Assembly: GCA_963728305.1 (NCBI GenBank)
Contig: CAVSKE010000014.1
Coordinates: forward strand, 142,374 to 206,373
DNA from: an uncultured Acidobacteriota bacterium
GTDB lineage: Bacteria > Acidobacteriota > Vicinamibacteria > Vicinamibacterales > UBA2999
DNA: 64,000 nucleotides
Direction of reading: 5' to 3'
Positions within the stretch are counted from its first letter, which is position 1. Every line of letters starts with the position of its first letter. Under the pieces are notes generated by a model. That model did not search any database. It had not been told where the DNA came from and was given only the letters and a program-made list of their open reading frames with translations. Positions 32,597-43,669 of this stretch are shown piece after piece. A program made the position numbers and the translations under genes.

Positions 32597-33606
32597 AGTT
32601 CACCTTCAACAACGCCGCGGCATTCTTCCAGTAGATCCGCTCGCGCTCCTCATTCGAGACCGGCAGCTTGTCGACGATGGCGATCGTCTCGCGGATGTAC
32701 ATCGGCCCCTTTTCCGGATCGAACGGCGCATCCGAGGCGAAGAGCACGTTCGGCACGCCGTAGAAATTGAGCCCGCACACCGTCGCGTCGAACGCGCCGA
32801 AGAGCGCCGTGTCGGCGTAGAACATCTTGAAGTAGTCGATCGGCCGCTTCTTCGAGCCCCTTCAGCACCTGCGACAGATCGCGATCGGACGTGCGTGCAC
32901 CGAGCTGATCCCAACCCGGTCCGACGCGGCCGGCGAAGTACGGCACCATCGCGCCCATGTGGTGCGCGATGATCTTCAGCGTCGGCCACTTGTCGAACAG
33001 TCCGGCGAACACGATCCGCGCCATCGCCGCGCTGGTGTCGTACGGCCATCCGAACGTCCACCAGATCTCGTACTCGGACGCCTGCTCCGTCAGGTAGTCC
33101 GGGAAGTCGGCGCCGCGGTACGGGTGCAGCCAGATCGGCAAATCGTATCCCACCATCGCTTCGAACAACGGCAGAAACTCGGCCGCGACGAGCGGCTTGC
33201 CGAGCACGTTCGAATGGATCTGGATGCCCTTCGCGCCGAGGTCCTTGACGGCGCGATGCGTCTCTTTCAGCGAGGCCTCGGGGTCGTTCATCGGCAGCGC
33301 GGCCGCGAACCCGACGAAGCGATCGGGATGCTTCCTCACGAGCTCGGCCATGGAGTCGTTGGCGATCCGCGCCAGCTCGATGCCCTCCTTCGGCTGCGCG
33401 AACAGCTCAATCGGCGGCGTCGGCAGCGACAGCACCTGCTGATAGCCCGGGAACATGTCCATCACGCGGAAGCGGATGTCCAGGTCGTGGAGCATCGGCA
33501 CGCCACGGCTGCGTTTGCCGATGTCCTTCAGGTTGCCGGCAAGTCTTTCAACCCCTTCGGAATAGCCCGGCGGGGAAATGTGGGTGAACACGTCTATCTT
33601 GCGCAT
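32595..33606 (-). CDS. ACMSD-family amidohydrolase (metal-dependent decarboxylase/hydrolase), frame disruption near 32840
   Basis: MRKIDVFTHISPPGY...GFAAALPMNDPEASLKE...GAKGIQIHSNV...IIAHHMGAMVPYF (ORF 32650..33606), then FYADTALFGA...LFASDAPFD...ERIYWKNAAALL (ORF 32595..32825). Confidence 0.65.
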
Positions 33607-33660
33607 CGGTCCTCAGCGTGGGCCGCGCAACAGGCGCGGACTGAGGATTCTACCCTGTCA

Positions 33661-33690
33661 GACGGGTCTGGAACGCAATGACCCGCCCGA
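33661..33690 (-). repeat. REP-like hairpin (GTCG head variant)
   Basis: Reverse complement GTCG-GGCGGGTC-ATTGCGTTCCAG-ACCCGTC. Same stem and loop family as 39084..39113. Confidence 0.45.
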
Positions 33691-34117
33691 CGGACCAATG
33701 CGCTCGGTGGTTCACCGAGTCGGAGGATCTGCGGCTGATGCTGCCGGCGATCTGACCGAAATTGTCGATGTCGTAGGCGGCAATTCGCAGCGGCCCTGCG
33801 CGTCAGAATGGGGATCGCCCACCCGCACGACACATCAGTGGACCCGTCGCGCGGTGCCGCCCTCGCGGGCGACGAGACCATCGCCGTGCACATCACCACG
33901 AGACGCGAAGCATCACCGCGAGGACGAGCCGAGCTGTTCGTGCGTCCATGAGCGGCTGTGCTGCTGTGCACGCATTCCACACGCTTCGATCGCAAGTTAC
34001 ACGATCGAGTGGCTGACGGTTAACGGCGTGCGACTTTGTCGCCGCGCCGTGACCGAGGCACAAGTCTTGCTCGAGACACGAGCACTCTCTCAAACCAATC
34101 CATCACTGTAGTGTGAC

Positions 34118-35708
34118 TTGACGATGTTAATAGACGTGTGTCTGACAAGAGTGCAGTCTCGCTGGGTTCTATCTTCACTAACGGCCTTATCGATTTTGGT
34201 GAGCCCGCACGATGTGTTCGCGCAGGCAGAGCCGATTCCCTACGATCATCGGAATCCGGTGATCTTCGATCAGGATGGAGGGATCGAGTCCGGGTTTCTC
34301 GATGTCTACATCATGGCGCTGCAAAGCGCAGGAGCGATCGACCTTCGAGGAATCATCTCTACCACCTCGTACGGCGAGGCGGATCGGCCGCCACCGTTTT
34401 CGCCGGTGCCTGAAGAAGCGCTGCTTCGCGAGCGTCAGGAGCTGATCGAAAAAGCGCGTCGAAGCGGCCTCCAACACATTCCCGATGCGACTGCGGGTCC
34501 AACGATCTCACTACAGAGCCGTCGACCGACGTCGGGGCGCATCGAAGACACCGTCCCCATCGGAACACCGGGCAGCCGGCTCATCGTCGAACAGGCGCGC
34601 GCCGCCAGCGCGGCTCGGCCTCTTGTGATTGTGATGGGAGGCCAGCCCACGGCTGTCGCCGACGCCTATCTCCTCGACAACACGATCGCCGACAAGGTGA
34701 TCGTGGCCTGGCAGGCAGGATCTCTTCGCGAGGATGGAAGCGTCGCGGCCGAGGGCTCGTTCAACATGAGCGTCGATCCCTGGGCGTCTTACATCGTCAC
34801 GGACAGACTCAGGACGGTGCTGTTCGTCGGCAAGGGAGCAGCGGACGGAGGGATCCCGCGAACTCCCAAGTCACGGCTGACGGAGCTCCCGAATACGGAA
34901 CTGCGGATGCTCATGACGGAAGCAGGCTGGCCCCGCGTCGACGGGTTCTGGGAGCCGACGACGGATATCGACAGTCCGCCGGCGATCGCGCTGACGCGCT
35001 CGGATTATGTGAAGGAAACCCGGCGCTACTCGCTCGTGGGATGGGAGCCGAACCGGTGGGACGCCAACAGTCTTCTCCCGATCTACGCGGCAGATCCTCG
35101 CGGCGATCTGCTCGCGGTGGTCCGAGCCAGCGAGTCGGTTGGTACCGACGAGTGGTGGACGCGCGTGAGCGCCGCGGAGGCGTGGGGGCGCTCGGCGGGC
35201 CAGGTCCGGCACCGGTCGGCCGTCACGGAACCCGCGTGGCAGGTACCCGGCAGAATCGAAGCGGAGCACTTCGATGATGGCGGCACCGGCAGATCGTACC
35301 TGGATTCGACGAACAACTTCACCGACGCGCGATGGCTCAACCCGCTTCGCGTCCTGGAGCACGTCGATATCGAAGCGTCCGACACCGCGAGCAATGGCTT
35401 GTTCGTGGGTCGCGCTGTCGCAGGCGAGTGGATCGAGTACAGCCTCGACGTCGGCATCGAACGCCACCTACAGCATTGACGTTCGCGTGGCGGCGAGTCG
35501 TGGAGGTGGGACGTTCCGTATCGAGATCGATGGGGTCGATCAGATCGGCTCGATCAGCGTGCCGGATACCGGCGTCAATGAGTGGACGACGATCTCGATC
35601 CCCAACATAAAGTTGAGCGCCGGACCACACGTCGCACGGCTGGTCATGGAGTCGAACGGCAGCGGCGGAGAGGTGGGCGCGTTCGATTCGCTCCGCTTCA
35701 GCCAGTAG
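34118..35708 (+). CDS. secreted protein: nucleoside-hydrolase-like N-domain plus C-terminal CBM6/35-like module, frame disruption near 35455
   Basis: Signal-like LSSLTALSILVSPHDVFAQA. VIFDQDGGIESGFLDVYIMAL. C-terminus GRIEAEHFDDGGTGRSYLD...GEWIEYSLDV, then ATYSIDVRVAASRGGGTFRIEIDG...WTTISIPNIKLSAGPHVARL (ORF 35274..35708). Confidence 0.5.
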
Positions 35709-35988
35709 CCGGTAGGCGTCACTCGCATCTCGTCGAGCAGGTGGGCCCCGCGTGCGTCCTTGACGGGGCGAAGCGACTGTTTACAAATACAGTTTTCTGA
35801 ATTTCGTCCAATTGTCTGTAGAACGCCGTTGTTCGCGTATGCGTTGCCCACTGCTCGCGTGATCCTCGTCCCCCGCTGAGCACCACTCGTCCCTCGTCCC
35901 TCCGGCACGGTTCTCTCCTATCAGCGCTGTTTGGTGTGAACCGTTTACAACCGGCGTCGTGGCGACGCCGAGCAAGGAGAAGGGGACG

Positions 35989-38900
35989 ATGGCGAGACGC
36001 ATCAGCGCGTTTCTGGTGGGGCTCCTCCTGGTGACTGCAGGGGCGGGAGCGCAGGAACGCTTCGGCAGCCTCGCGGGCACCGTGACCGATACAACGAAGG
36101 CGGCCGTGCCCGGCGCGACCGTCACGGCAACCAACAAGGAGACCGGCGCCAGCGCGTCGCGGTCAGCGGCGTCTGACGGATCGTATCGCGTTACCCGATC
36201 TCGACCCGGGCCGCTACTCGGTCACGATCGAGCTCCAGTCGCTTTCAGAAAGTTGCAGGTCGACGACGCGATCGTCCTGCTCGGACGGACGATCGGTCGT
36301 CGATGCCGAGCTCGGCCTGGCGTGCTGACCGAAGTGGTCAGCGTCACCGGCGAGGCGACCAGGCAGCTGGATCTGATCGAGCGTGACGCTCGCGCACAAC
36401 GTGACCGCCGAGGAGTTCGACCGGCTGCCGAAGGGCCGCAGCTTCCAGAGCATCGCGATGGCCGCGCCCGGCGTGAACTCCGGCGAGGTCGAAGGCGGCT
36501 TCCAGGTGAACGGCGCGAGCAGCGCCGAGAACGTGTTCACCGTGGACGGCGTCGCCACCAACAGCTTGATCTACGGCAGCTCGCGGCAGAACACCGTGTT
36601 CGAGTACCTGCAGGAAGTGCAGGTCAAGACCGGCGGCATCGACGCCGAATACGGCGGCGCGCTCGGCGGCGTGATCAGCGCGGTGACCAAGTCCGGCGGC
36701 AACACCTTCACCGGTGAGGCCCACTACTACTACATCGGCAACGCGCTCGGCTGCCGGACCGGTCAAGCGGCTGGTGCTCGACCCGGTGGACTTCAACACC
36801 GTCGGCTACTTCGAGGACGACAAGCAGGTCAACAACCAGAACGAGTTCGGCGGCTCGACTCGGCGGTCCGATCGTGCGGAACCGGCTGTTCTTCTTCGGC
36901 TCGGTCTCGCCGCGCGTCGTCCGGCGCACCAACGAGTACCATGTTCTCGAACGGCACCGAGCCGGGCTCGATCGATCAGGAGCAGACGGCGTGGCAGGGG
37001 TTCGGCAAGGTCACCTACGCCGCCGGCCGCGTGCACGCCAACGCCAGCCTGCTGATGACGCCGACACGTTCGACCGGACGCATGCCGGCCTACGACTCGA
37101 CCGGCACGAACTTCCTGACGACGTCGAGCGCCGCGAACGAGGCCAATCGCACGCGCGGCTTCGAGGCCGATCAGAACAACGTCAGCGGCGAACGTCGATC
37201 TGACGCTCGGCAACAGCGGCTACCTGAGCACGCGCGGCGGCTACTTCTACGACAACTACAAGGACACCGGCGTTCCGCTCGACGACGAGCTATACGTATC
37301 AGGTGTCGACCCTCGGCGTGGCCGGCGTCCCCGCGAACCTGCAGGGCCCGGTCGGCACGGCGAACACGTCGCGCATTCAGATCAGCAACTTCGACACGAC
37401 CGAACAGGGCTTCGTCCAGCTCGACTACAACCACGCGCTCAAGGGCGGCCACCTGATCAAGGGCGGCTGGGGCGTGCGCCGTTCGGTCGAACGACGTGGA
37501 TGTGGCGTATCCGGGCGGCTATGTGTATCTGTATTGGGGCCAGTCGTTCCGCAGCACGGCGACCGGACAGACGGGCACCGGCACCTACGGCTACTACCGC
37601 GTGGACGACCTGGCCACACGCGGCAAGCGTCAAGGCGAACATCCAGAACCTGTACGTCCAGGACACGTGGACGGTCGGCTCGCGACTGACGCTGAACCTC
37701 GGACTCCGCACCGAGAACGAGAAGATCCCGACCTTCCGCCCCGACATCGCGCAGTACGCGTTTCGAGTTCGGCTTCGCCGACAAGCTCGCGCCGCGGCTC
37801 GGCGCGACCTACGACGTGCGCGGCGACGGGCGCATGAAGGCGTTCGCGAGCTGGGGCCGCTACTACGACTGGACCAGGTACGAGATCGCGCGCGGATCGT
37901 TCGGCGGCGACCTCTGGCACATCTACTACCGATCGCTCGACACGCTCGACATCGGCAGCCTGAACCTGAGCAACATGCCGGGCCAGGATCTGTGGGGCAG
38001 TGCAACCGGCTTCCGCGATCTGCGCGCGACCGCGATCAACAACACCGACCCCAACATCAAGCCGATGTTCCAGGACAGCTTCAACGGCGGCGTGGACTTC
38101 CAGCTCGGTGGCAACATGGCGCTCGGCATTCACTACATCCACAACAACCTCGGCCGCACCATCGAGGACATGGGCGCGCTGGTCAACGGCGACAGCGTCT
38201 ACGTGATCGGCAACCCCGGCGAGGGCCAGAACACGATCACGCCAGCCTCCTACCCGCGCGACCGCCAACTTCGCGACGCCGAAGCCGAAGCGGCAGTACG
38301 ATGCGCTCGAGGTGACACTCGAGCGGCGGTTCTCGAAGAACTGGTTCGGCAGCGCGAACTACACGCTGCAGCCGGCTGTACGGCAACTACTCCGGCACGG
38401 CCAACTCCGACGAGATCCAGACGCCGACGACCGGCATCACGTCGAAGACCGCGCAGCAGCAGGAGGGCAGCATCGCGCGTCCGGGCAGCAACGCGCACAT
38501 CGGCTGGGACATCGACGAGGTCCTGTGGGATTCGCACGGCAATCTCGATGTCCTCGGCCGTCTGGCCACCGATCGGCCGCACGTCGTGAAGCTGTATGGC
38601 GCGTACCAGTTCGACTTCGGCACGCAGATCGGCGCCTTCTTCTACGGCGGCAGCGGCACGCCGATCAGCACGCAGGTCGTCGGACAGGATCAGTACGCGC
38701 CGCTCGTCAACGGCCGCGGCGACATGGGCCGCACGCCGATGCTGACGCGGACGGATCTGCTCGCTCTCGCACGAGCTGTCGCTGGCCGATCGCAAGCGGC
38801 TGCGGCTCGAGCTGAACATCCAGAACCTGTTCAACCAGAAGACGGCGACGCACATCTTCAACTACCTGAACAAGGGCGCCCCGGCCGGCGGCCAGACGCG

Positions 38901-39073
38901 CCCGGCGAATGCCATCGACTTCTCAGAGGTGAACCTGGCGGCGGGCTACGACTACGACGCGCTGATCCTGGCGACGCAGGAAGGCGCGGATCTCGTACGA
39001 CCCGAGATACGGGATGGAGGATCTGTTCAACCCTGGACTCCAGGGACAGTTCAGCGTGAAGTTCATCTTCTGA
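35989..39073 (+). pseudogene. TonB-dependent receptor with CarboxypepD_reg-like N-terminus, at least 8 frame disruptions as assembled
   Basis: AAGGAG upstream of ATG 35989. MARRISAFLVGLLLVTAGAGAQ...GSLAGTVTDTTKAAVPGATVTATNKETG. Plug-like FQVNGASSAENVFTVDGVATN...EVQVKTGGIDAEYGGALGGVISAVTKSGGN. Fragments lie in all three frames. Ends QFSVKFIF-stop. Confidence 0.7.
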
Positions 39074-39083
39074 ACGCTACAGC

Positions 39084-39113
39084 GTAGGGCGGGTCTTGCT
39101 TTCCAGACCCGCC
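39084..39113 (+). repeat. REP-like hairpin with GTAG head between convergent genes
   Basis: GTAG-GGCGGGTC-TTGCTTTCCA-GACCCGCC. Confidence 0.6.
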
Positions 39114-39147
39114 TTACGTCCCTTTCCTATCGCAGGACCGCCCTGCA

Positions 39148-41854
39148 TCACTTCGATCCGGCAACCGGACCGGACAGCGACGACTGCCAGTTGACGAGCA
39201 CGGTGAACGGCGGTGGCGCGGCCTGCTTGGTCGGGAGCGCGACAAGGAATCGCTGGCCATCGGCCGAGAGCCCCCAGTCCGACAGTGCTCCCGGGACGCG
39301 CGTCACCTCAACAGGCGCGCCGATACTTTCTGACACGACGGACGCCGACATGATCGTGCCGGCTAGCGTCTGGTAGAGCAGCTCTCGGCTGTCGGCGCGC
39401 CATCGTGGCGACTTCCCTCCGCCACGCGAGACGACGACGCTTTCGCCGAGCACGGGCGCGCCAGCGCCGAGAGCAATAGAGCGAACGAGGACTTCGGCTG
39501 ACCCCGATTCGTTGGAGACGTACGCGAGCCAACGGCCATCGGGCGACAGATGCCCGTCGCTCTGGTCGAGATCCTGCTGAAGCAGCGGGACAGGCTTTTC
39601 CCGCGCACCCTGCCGCAGCATCCAGAGATCGTTTCGGGTGCGCGCGTACGCGACGACGGTGAAAAACAGGATATTGCCTTCGGGCGATGCCGACATCGAG
39701 AGCGTCGTGGTCGAGGGATTGATCTCGGGCGATGAGGCGGAGCTGAAGACGACCGCCGACGCGGTGGCACCGCTCGTCGCCTTGCGGACGATCTCTCCCT
39801 GGCCCGTGCCCACCGTGTACCAGACCTCCTTGCCGTCCGGACTCCAGACCGGCGCGGCCTCGATAGACGGGTCGGTCGTGAAACGCGTGGTCGTATTCCG
39901 AACGAGATCGACCATCCACAGATCCTGATCGGCACGATTGAGCTGGTTCTCCCGGACGGCAACGGCGCGCAGGCCGTCGGGCGAGAGCGCGAATCCCGAG
40001 AAGGGGCTCGGCTCCGCAACGCGGCCGAGCACTGTCCCACGCCGGTCGAGCCACGTCAGCTGAAAGTTCGATCGCGCGCTGCGATAGACGACGGCGTTCG
40101 TCGAAGCCGTGAAGAACGCCGTGTCGAGAAATGCGCCGACAGGCGTGGCCAGCGTCACCGGCTCTCCGGCGATCAGCTGTCGATCGGGATCGAAAGCGAC
40201 GGCAAGGAGCGCGCCGTCTCGCACGAACAACAGATGGCCTTTGCCGTCGGCGGCCGGGACATACGCTCCGCCGAAACCCGTCGCGAGCAGGCGGTCTACG
40301 GGCTGCTGATCGGGAAGCGTTTCGAGATCGCCAAGATAGAGTCCGTTGCCGGAGGGGTCCGGACGCGAGACTTGCAGATAGACGAAATGGCGACCATCGG
40401 GAAGGAACGACGGCATCAGGTGCCGCGCTTCGCCGCGAATCGCCGTGACCGGTGCCGCCGCAGTCTTGCCGTCTGCGCTGCAGCGCAGCAGCGGTCCATT
40501 CGCATTGCCAACCAGGATGACGCCGTCTCGGCTCCACGATCCCCCGACCGCCACACCCGGCACGTCGCACACGACGTCGGGCGAGCCGCCCGCGCGCGCA
40601 ACTCTCTTGATCTTGCCGTCCGCGTAGAACGCAATGAACTGGCTGTCCGGTGACCAGAACATCGGCGGGATCACAGGCACCACCTCCGCTTCGGTGCCCG
40701 GCAACGGCCGGATCTCCGGCGCATCGAAGCTCTTGACCCACAGCCTGAGAATGCGGTCGTCGCCGGTACCCGCGAAGACGAGATGGCGGCCATCGGGTGA
40801 CACCGAGAACTGACCGGACTCGGACAGTTCGACCGCAGCCGGCACATCGAAGCGGATCAGCGGAGCGGGCGCAGGCGTCTTCGCGATCAGTTCGAGAGCA
40901 GCAGCCATGCGCCAGTACCGACGCAGCACGCCAACGCAGCGGCCCAGGGGATCCACTGCAGCCGCCCGCGGGGGCGATGCGACACTGCCGCGGCTGTTCG
41001 ATGGTGAGATCCCAGTCGCCGAGATCGCGCAGGCGGCGACGCGGGTCTTTCTCCAGGCACGCGCGCAGCGCGCGCATGACGGGCTCGGGGATACTGCTGG
41101 GGACCGCGGACCAATCGGGCTCGTGCTCGAGCACGGCGGCCAGCGTGTCGGGCACTGTCGCCCGGGCAAACGGCGACCGCCCGGTGAGCATCTCGAACAG
41201 CACGCAGCCAAACGCCCAGATGTCGGTGCGCTTGTCGACGGCGTGTCCGCGTGACTGTTCCGGACTCATGTAGGCGGCCGTGCCGAGCAGCACGCCTGGG
41301 ACCGTTTCGTTGATCGTGGTGAGCCCGGTCACGTTGAGGGCGTCGGACGTCCCGCCTCGACCCGGACCGGCGACGGTGTCGCTCTTGGCGAGACCGAAGT
41401 CGAGCACCTTGATCGTGCCCGCGGATGTCACTTTGACGTTCGCGGGCTTGAGATCGCGGTGAATGATGCCCCGTTCGTGAGCGGCGTCCAGCGCATCGGC
41501 GATTTGACGGGCAAGCGCGAGCGCGGCCGGCAACGGAAGCGCACCGCGGACGATCCGGTCGGCCAGTGTCTCTCCGTCAACAAGTTCCATCACCAGGGCC
41601 GACATGCCCTCGCTGTCTTCGACGCCGTGAATGGTCGCGATGTGGGGATGATTGATGGCGGCGAGGACGCGTGCCTCGCGCTCGAAGCGCTGCACCCGGT
41701 CAGGGTCTGACGTGAACTCGCGGGACAGGATCTTGATCGCAACCTGACGCCCGAGGCGTGCGTCACGGGCGCTGTAGACCTCCCCCATTCCGCCCTTGCC
41801 GATCAGCGCGACGACCTCGTAGCGGCCGACGCGGCTACCGGGAGTCAACGCCAT
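39148..41854 (-). CDS. Ser/Thr protein kinase fused to a TolB-like beta-propeller region, frame disruption near 40950-41000
   Basis: ORF 39308..41854 gives GKGGMGEVY, AIK, HRDLKPANV, DFGLAK and APE motifs. ORF 39148..41211 gives a TM/linker, then repeated SPDG/SPDS...W motifs (SVSPDGRHLVF, WSPDSQFIAF, LSPDGRWLAYVS, PRWRADSRELLY). Confidence 0.8.
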
Positions 41855-41879
41855 GCGGTCGCATTCTACGCGAAGCCTT

Positions 41880-42293
41880 TCACCCTATGAGCTGCACGAC
41901 GACTTCACGGGTTCTCGGCCGCGTGTCGAACTCGATCAGCACGATCTGCTGCCACGTCCCGACCAGCAGACGCCCGGCTTCGAACGGTATCGAGAGGGAC
42001 GGTCCGAGCATCGCCGCGCGGACGTGGCTCGATCCATTGTCGTCACCCCAGCGCAGGTGATGCTCGTAGGTGCCCTCTTTCGGCGCGAGCTGTTCCCACA
42101 CCCGATTCAGATCCGCCACCGCCCCGGGCTCGAACTCGATCGTCGTGATCCCGGCGGTCGAACCGATCACGGCAATGGTCGCCAGGCCTGACTTGAGCGT
42201 CGATGCGTGCACCGCGCGCGCCACCATCGTCGTCAGATCGCGCACATCGCCCTGTCCCGTCGTGTCCACTTGATGCATGGTCAGTTCGACCAT
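41880..42293 (-). CDS. yjbQ: YjbQ/UPF0047-family protein (secondary thiamine-phosphate synthase enzyme)
   Basis: Intact 137-aa ORF: DVRDLTTMVARAV..SGLATIAVIGSTAGITTIEFEPG...HVRAAMLGPSLSIPFEAGRLLVGTWQQIVLIEFDTRPRTREVVVQL. Confidence 0.75.
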   Translation of the reverse strand: MVELTMHQVDTTGQGDVRDLTTMVARAVHASTLKSGLATIAVIGSTAGITTIEFEPGAVADLNRVWEQLAPKEGTYEHHLRWGDDNGSSHVRAAMLGPSLSIPFEAGRLLVGTWQQIVLIEFDTRPRTREVVVQLIG

Positions 42294-42418
42294 TCGACTC
42301 TCCTTCGACTCGCCTTCGGCGCTCCCTGATCAGAGAGGCCAACGGCATGATCCTTCGAGACGGGCGAATCCTCAACCGGGCGCACCGACCGGCATGCCGA
42401 TTGCTCACTTTCAGCACG

Positions 42419-43669
42419 ATGACAGGTCGTGCACGTTGGAGCGACTATCTGCCGCGCTCGTCGGTTCGTTTATTGGGCTGACGGCATCACAAGCGAGTAG
42501 TCAGCTTCCACAACTGGATGAGGCAACAGCAGCGAGGGAGCGAGAAGGCGCGCGAGGTGACACCGCACCAGCGCTCGACGGTCGAGCGTGTGCTCTTCAA
42601 GCTCGAGGACGACCTCCTCCTGGAACGGGTGTTCGATCCTCCACGCGGCATCTACCTTCGCGTCGGCAGCATGGGTGAGGGTTCAGGCTTCTCGCTCGGG
42701 CCGGCGTTCCGTTACAACACGGCAAGGTTCGACTTCAAGGCATCGGCTGCAGCATCGACAAAGACGTACTTCAGCGGCGACGTCTCGCTGCGGTTTCCCG
42801 GGAACCGTCGGTCAGGACGCATTACTTCAAAGTCGCCAAGGGCCGTACATCGAACTGCACGGCCGGCGTCGGGTACTTTCCGCAGGAGGACTTCTTCGGT
42901 CTGGGACCCGACAGCCTGCTCATCGAATCGATCGAATTTCGCCCTTCGCGACACCCTTGGCCGCGTCACCGGCGGCTACGAGCGAGGCAATTTCGAAGCG
43001 GGCATCGGCCTCGGATATCTCGACGTCTCCATCGGCGCCGGCACCGACGACCAGAATGCCGTCGTCCACCGAGATCTTCACGGTCGACGAGATGCCAGGC
43101 GTGAGCGACCGCGGCGGATTTCTGGTGATCGAGCCGTTTGTCGAGTACGCGACGATCGATCCCGCGATCGACGATCACTCCGGTGGTCGCTATCGTCTGT
43201 CGGTGACCGAGTATCGGGACCGCACACACGACCAGTATTCGTTCCGCCGCTGGGAAGCGGATCTCCGGCAATACCTGACGTTCGTCAAGGACACACGCAC
43301 GATCGCGATCCGTGCCTGGACCGCCTCCACCATCGCGGAGCGCTGGCAACGAGGTTCCCTTCTATCTGCAACCGACGCTGGGCGGGGGGCGAACGCTGCG
43401 CGGATATCGCACCTTCCGCTTTCGAGACACGCACCGCGCTGCTGTTGCAGGGCGAGTACCGCTGGAGGATCAACCAATTCGTTCAGGGGGCACTCTTCTA
43501 CGACACCGGCGCCGTCGGATCCGGGCTCGACGACCTCGGTGCCTTTGAACGGAGTTACGGCCTGGGTCTGCGAGCCGGTGGGCGTACGGGTTCGGCGTTT
43601 CGCATCGAGATGGCGTTCGGCGGCCGCGAAGGGAACCGCCTGCTGGTGAGGTTCGACGATGCGTTTTAG
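42419..43669 (+). CDS. Omp85/surface-antigen-family outer-membrane beta-barrel, several frame disruptions, start uncertain
   Basis: Signal-like LSAALVGSFIGLTASQA. C-terminal blocks EVPFYLQPTLGGGRTLRGYRTFRFRD...LLLQGEYRWRINQFVQGALFYDTGAVG...SYGLGLRAGGRTGSAFRIEMAFG...LLVRFDDAF-stop, with a terminal Phe. Confidence 0.55.

Noticed and set aside
33691-34117. Possible small secreted protein on the minus strand (MDARTARLVLAVMLRVS..., fragments such as AYDIDNFGQIAGS)
   Set aside because: It would need several frame changes and has no recognisable motif. It is left unannotated as either a degraded gene or non-coding upstream DNA.
35890-35915. CGGCACGGTTCTCTCC upstream of the TonB receptor considered as a sigma-54 promoter
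   Set aside because: The -24 half is plausible, but the -12 position reads TCTC instead of TTGC (no GC dinucleotide at the required spacing).
39148-41854. Ser/Thr kinase with TolB-like propeller considered as a novel sensor
   Set aside because: This architecture is common in Acidobacteriota-type genomes, and nothing in the sequence sets this copy apart.
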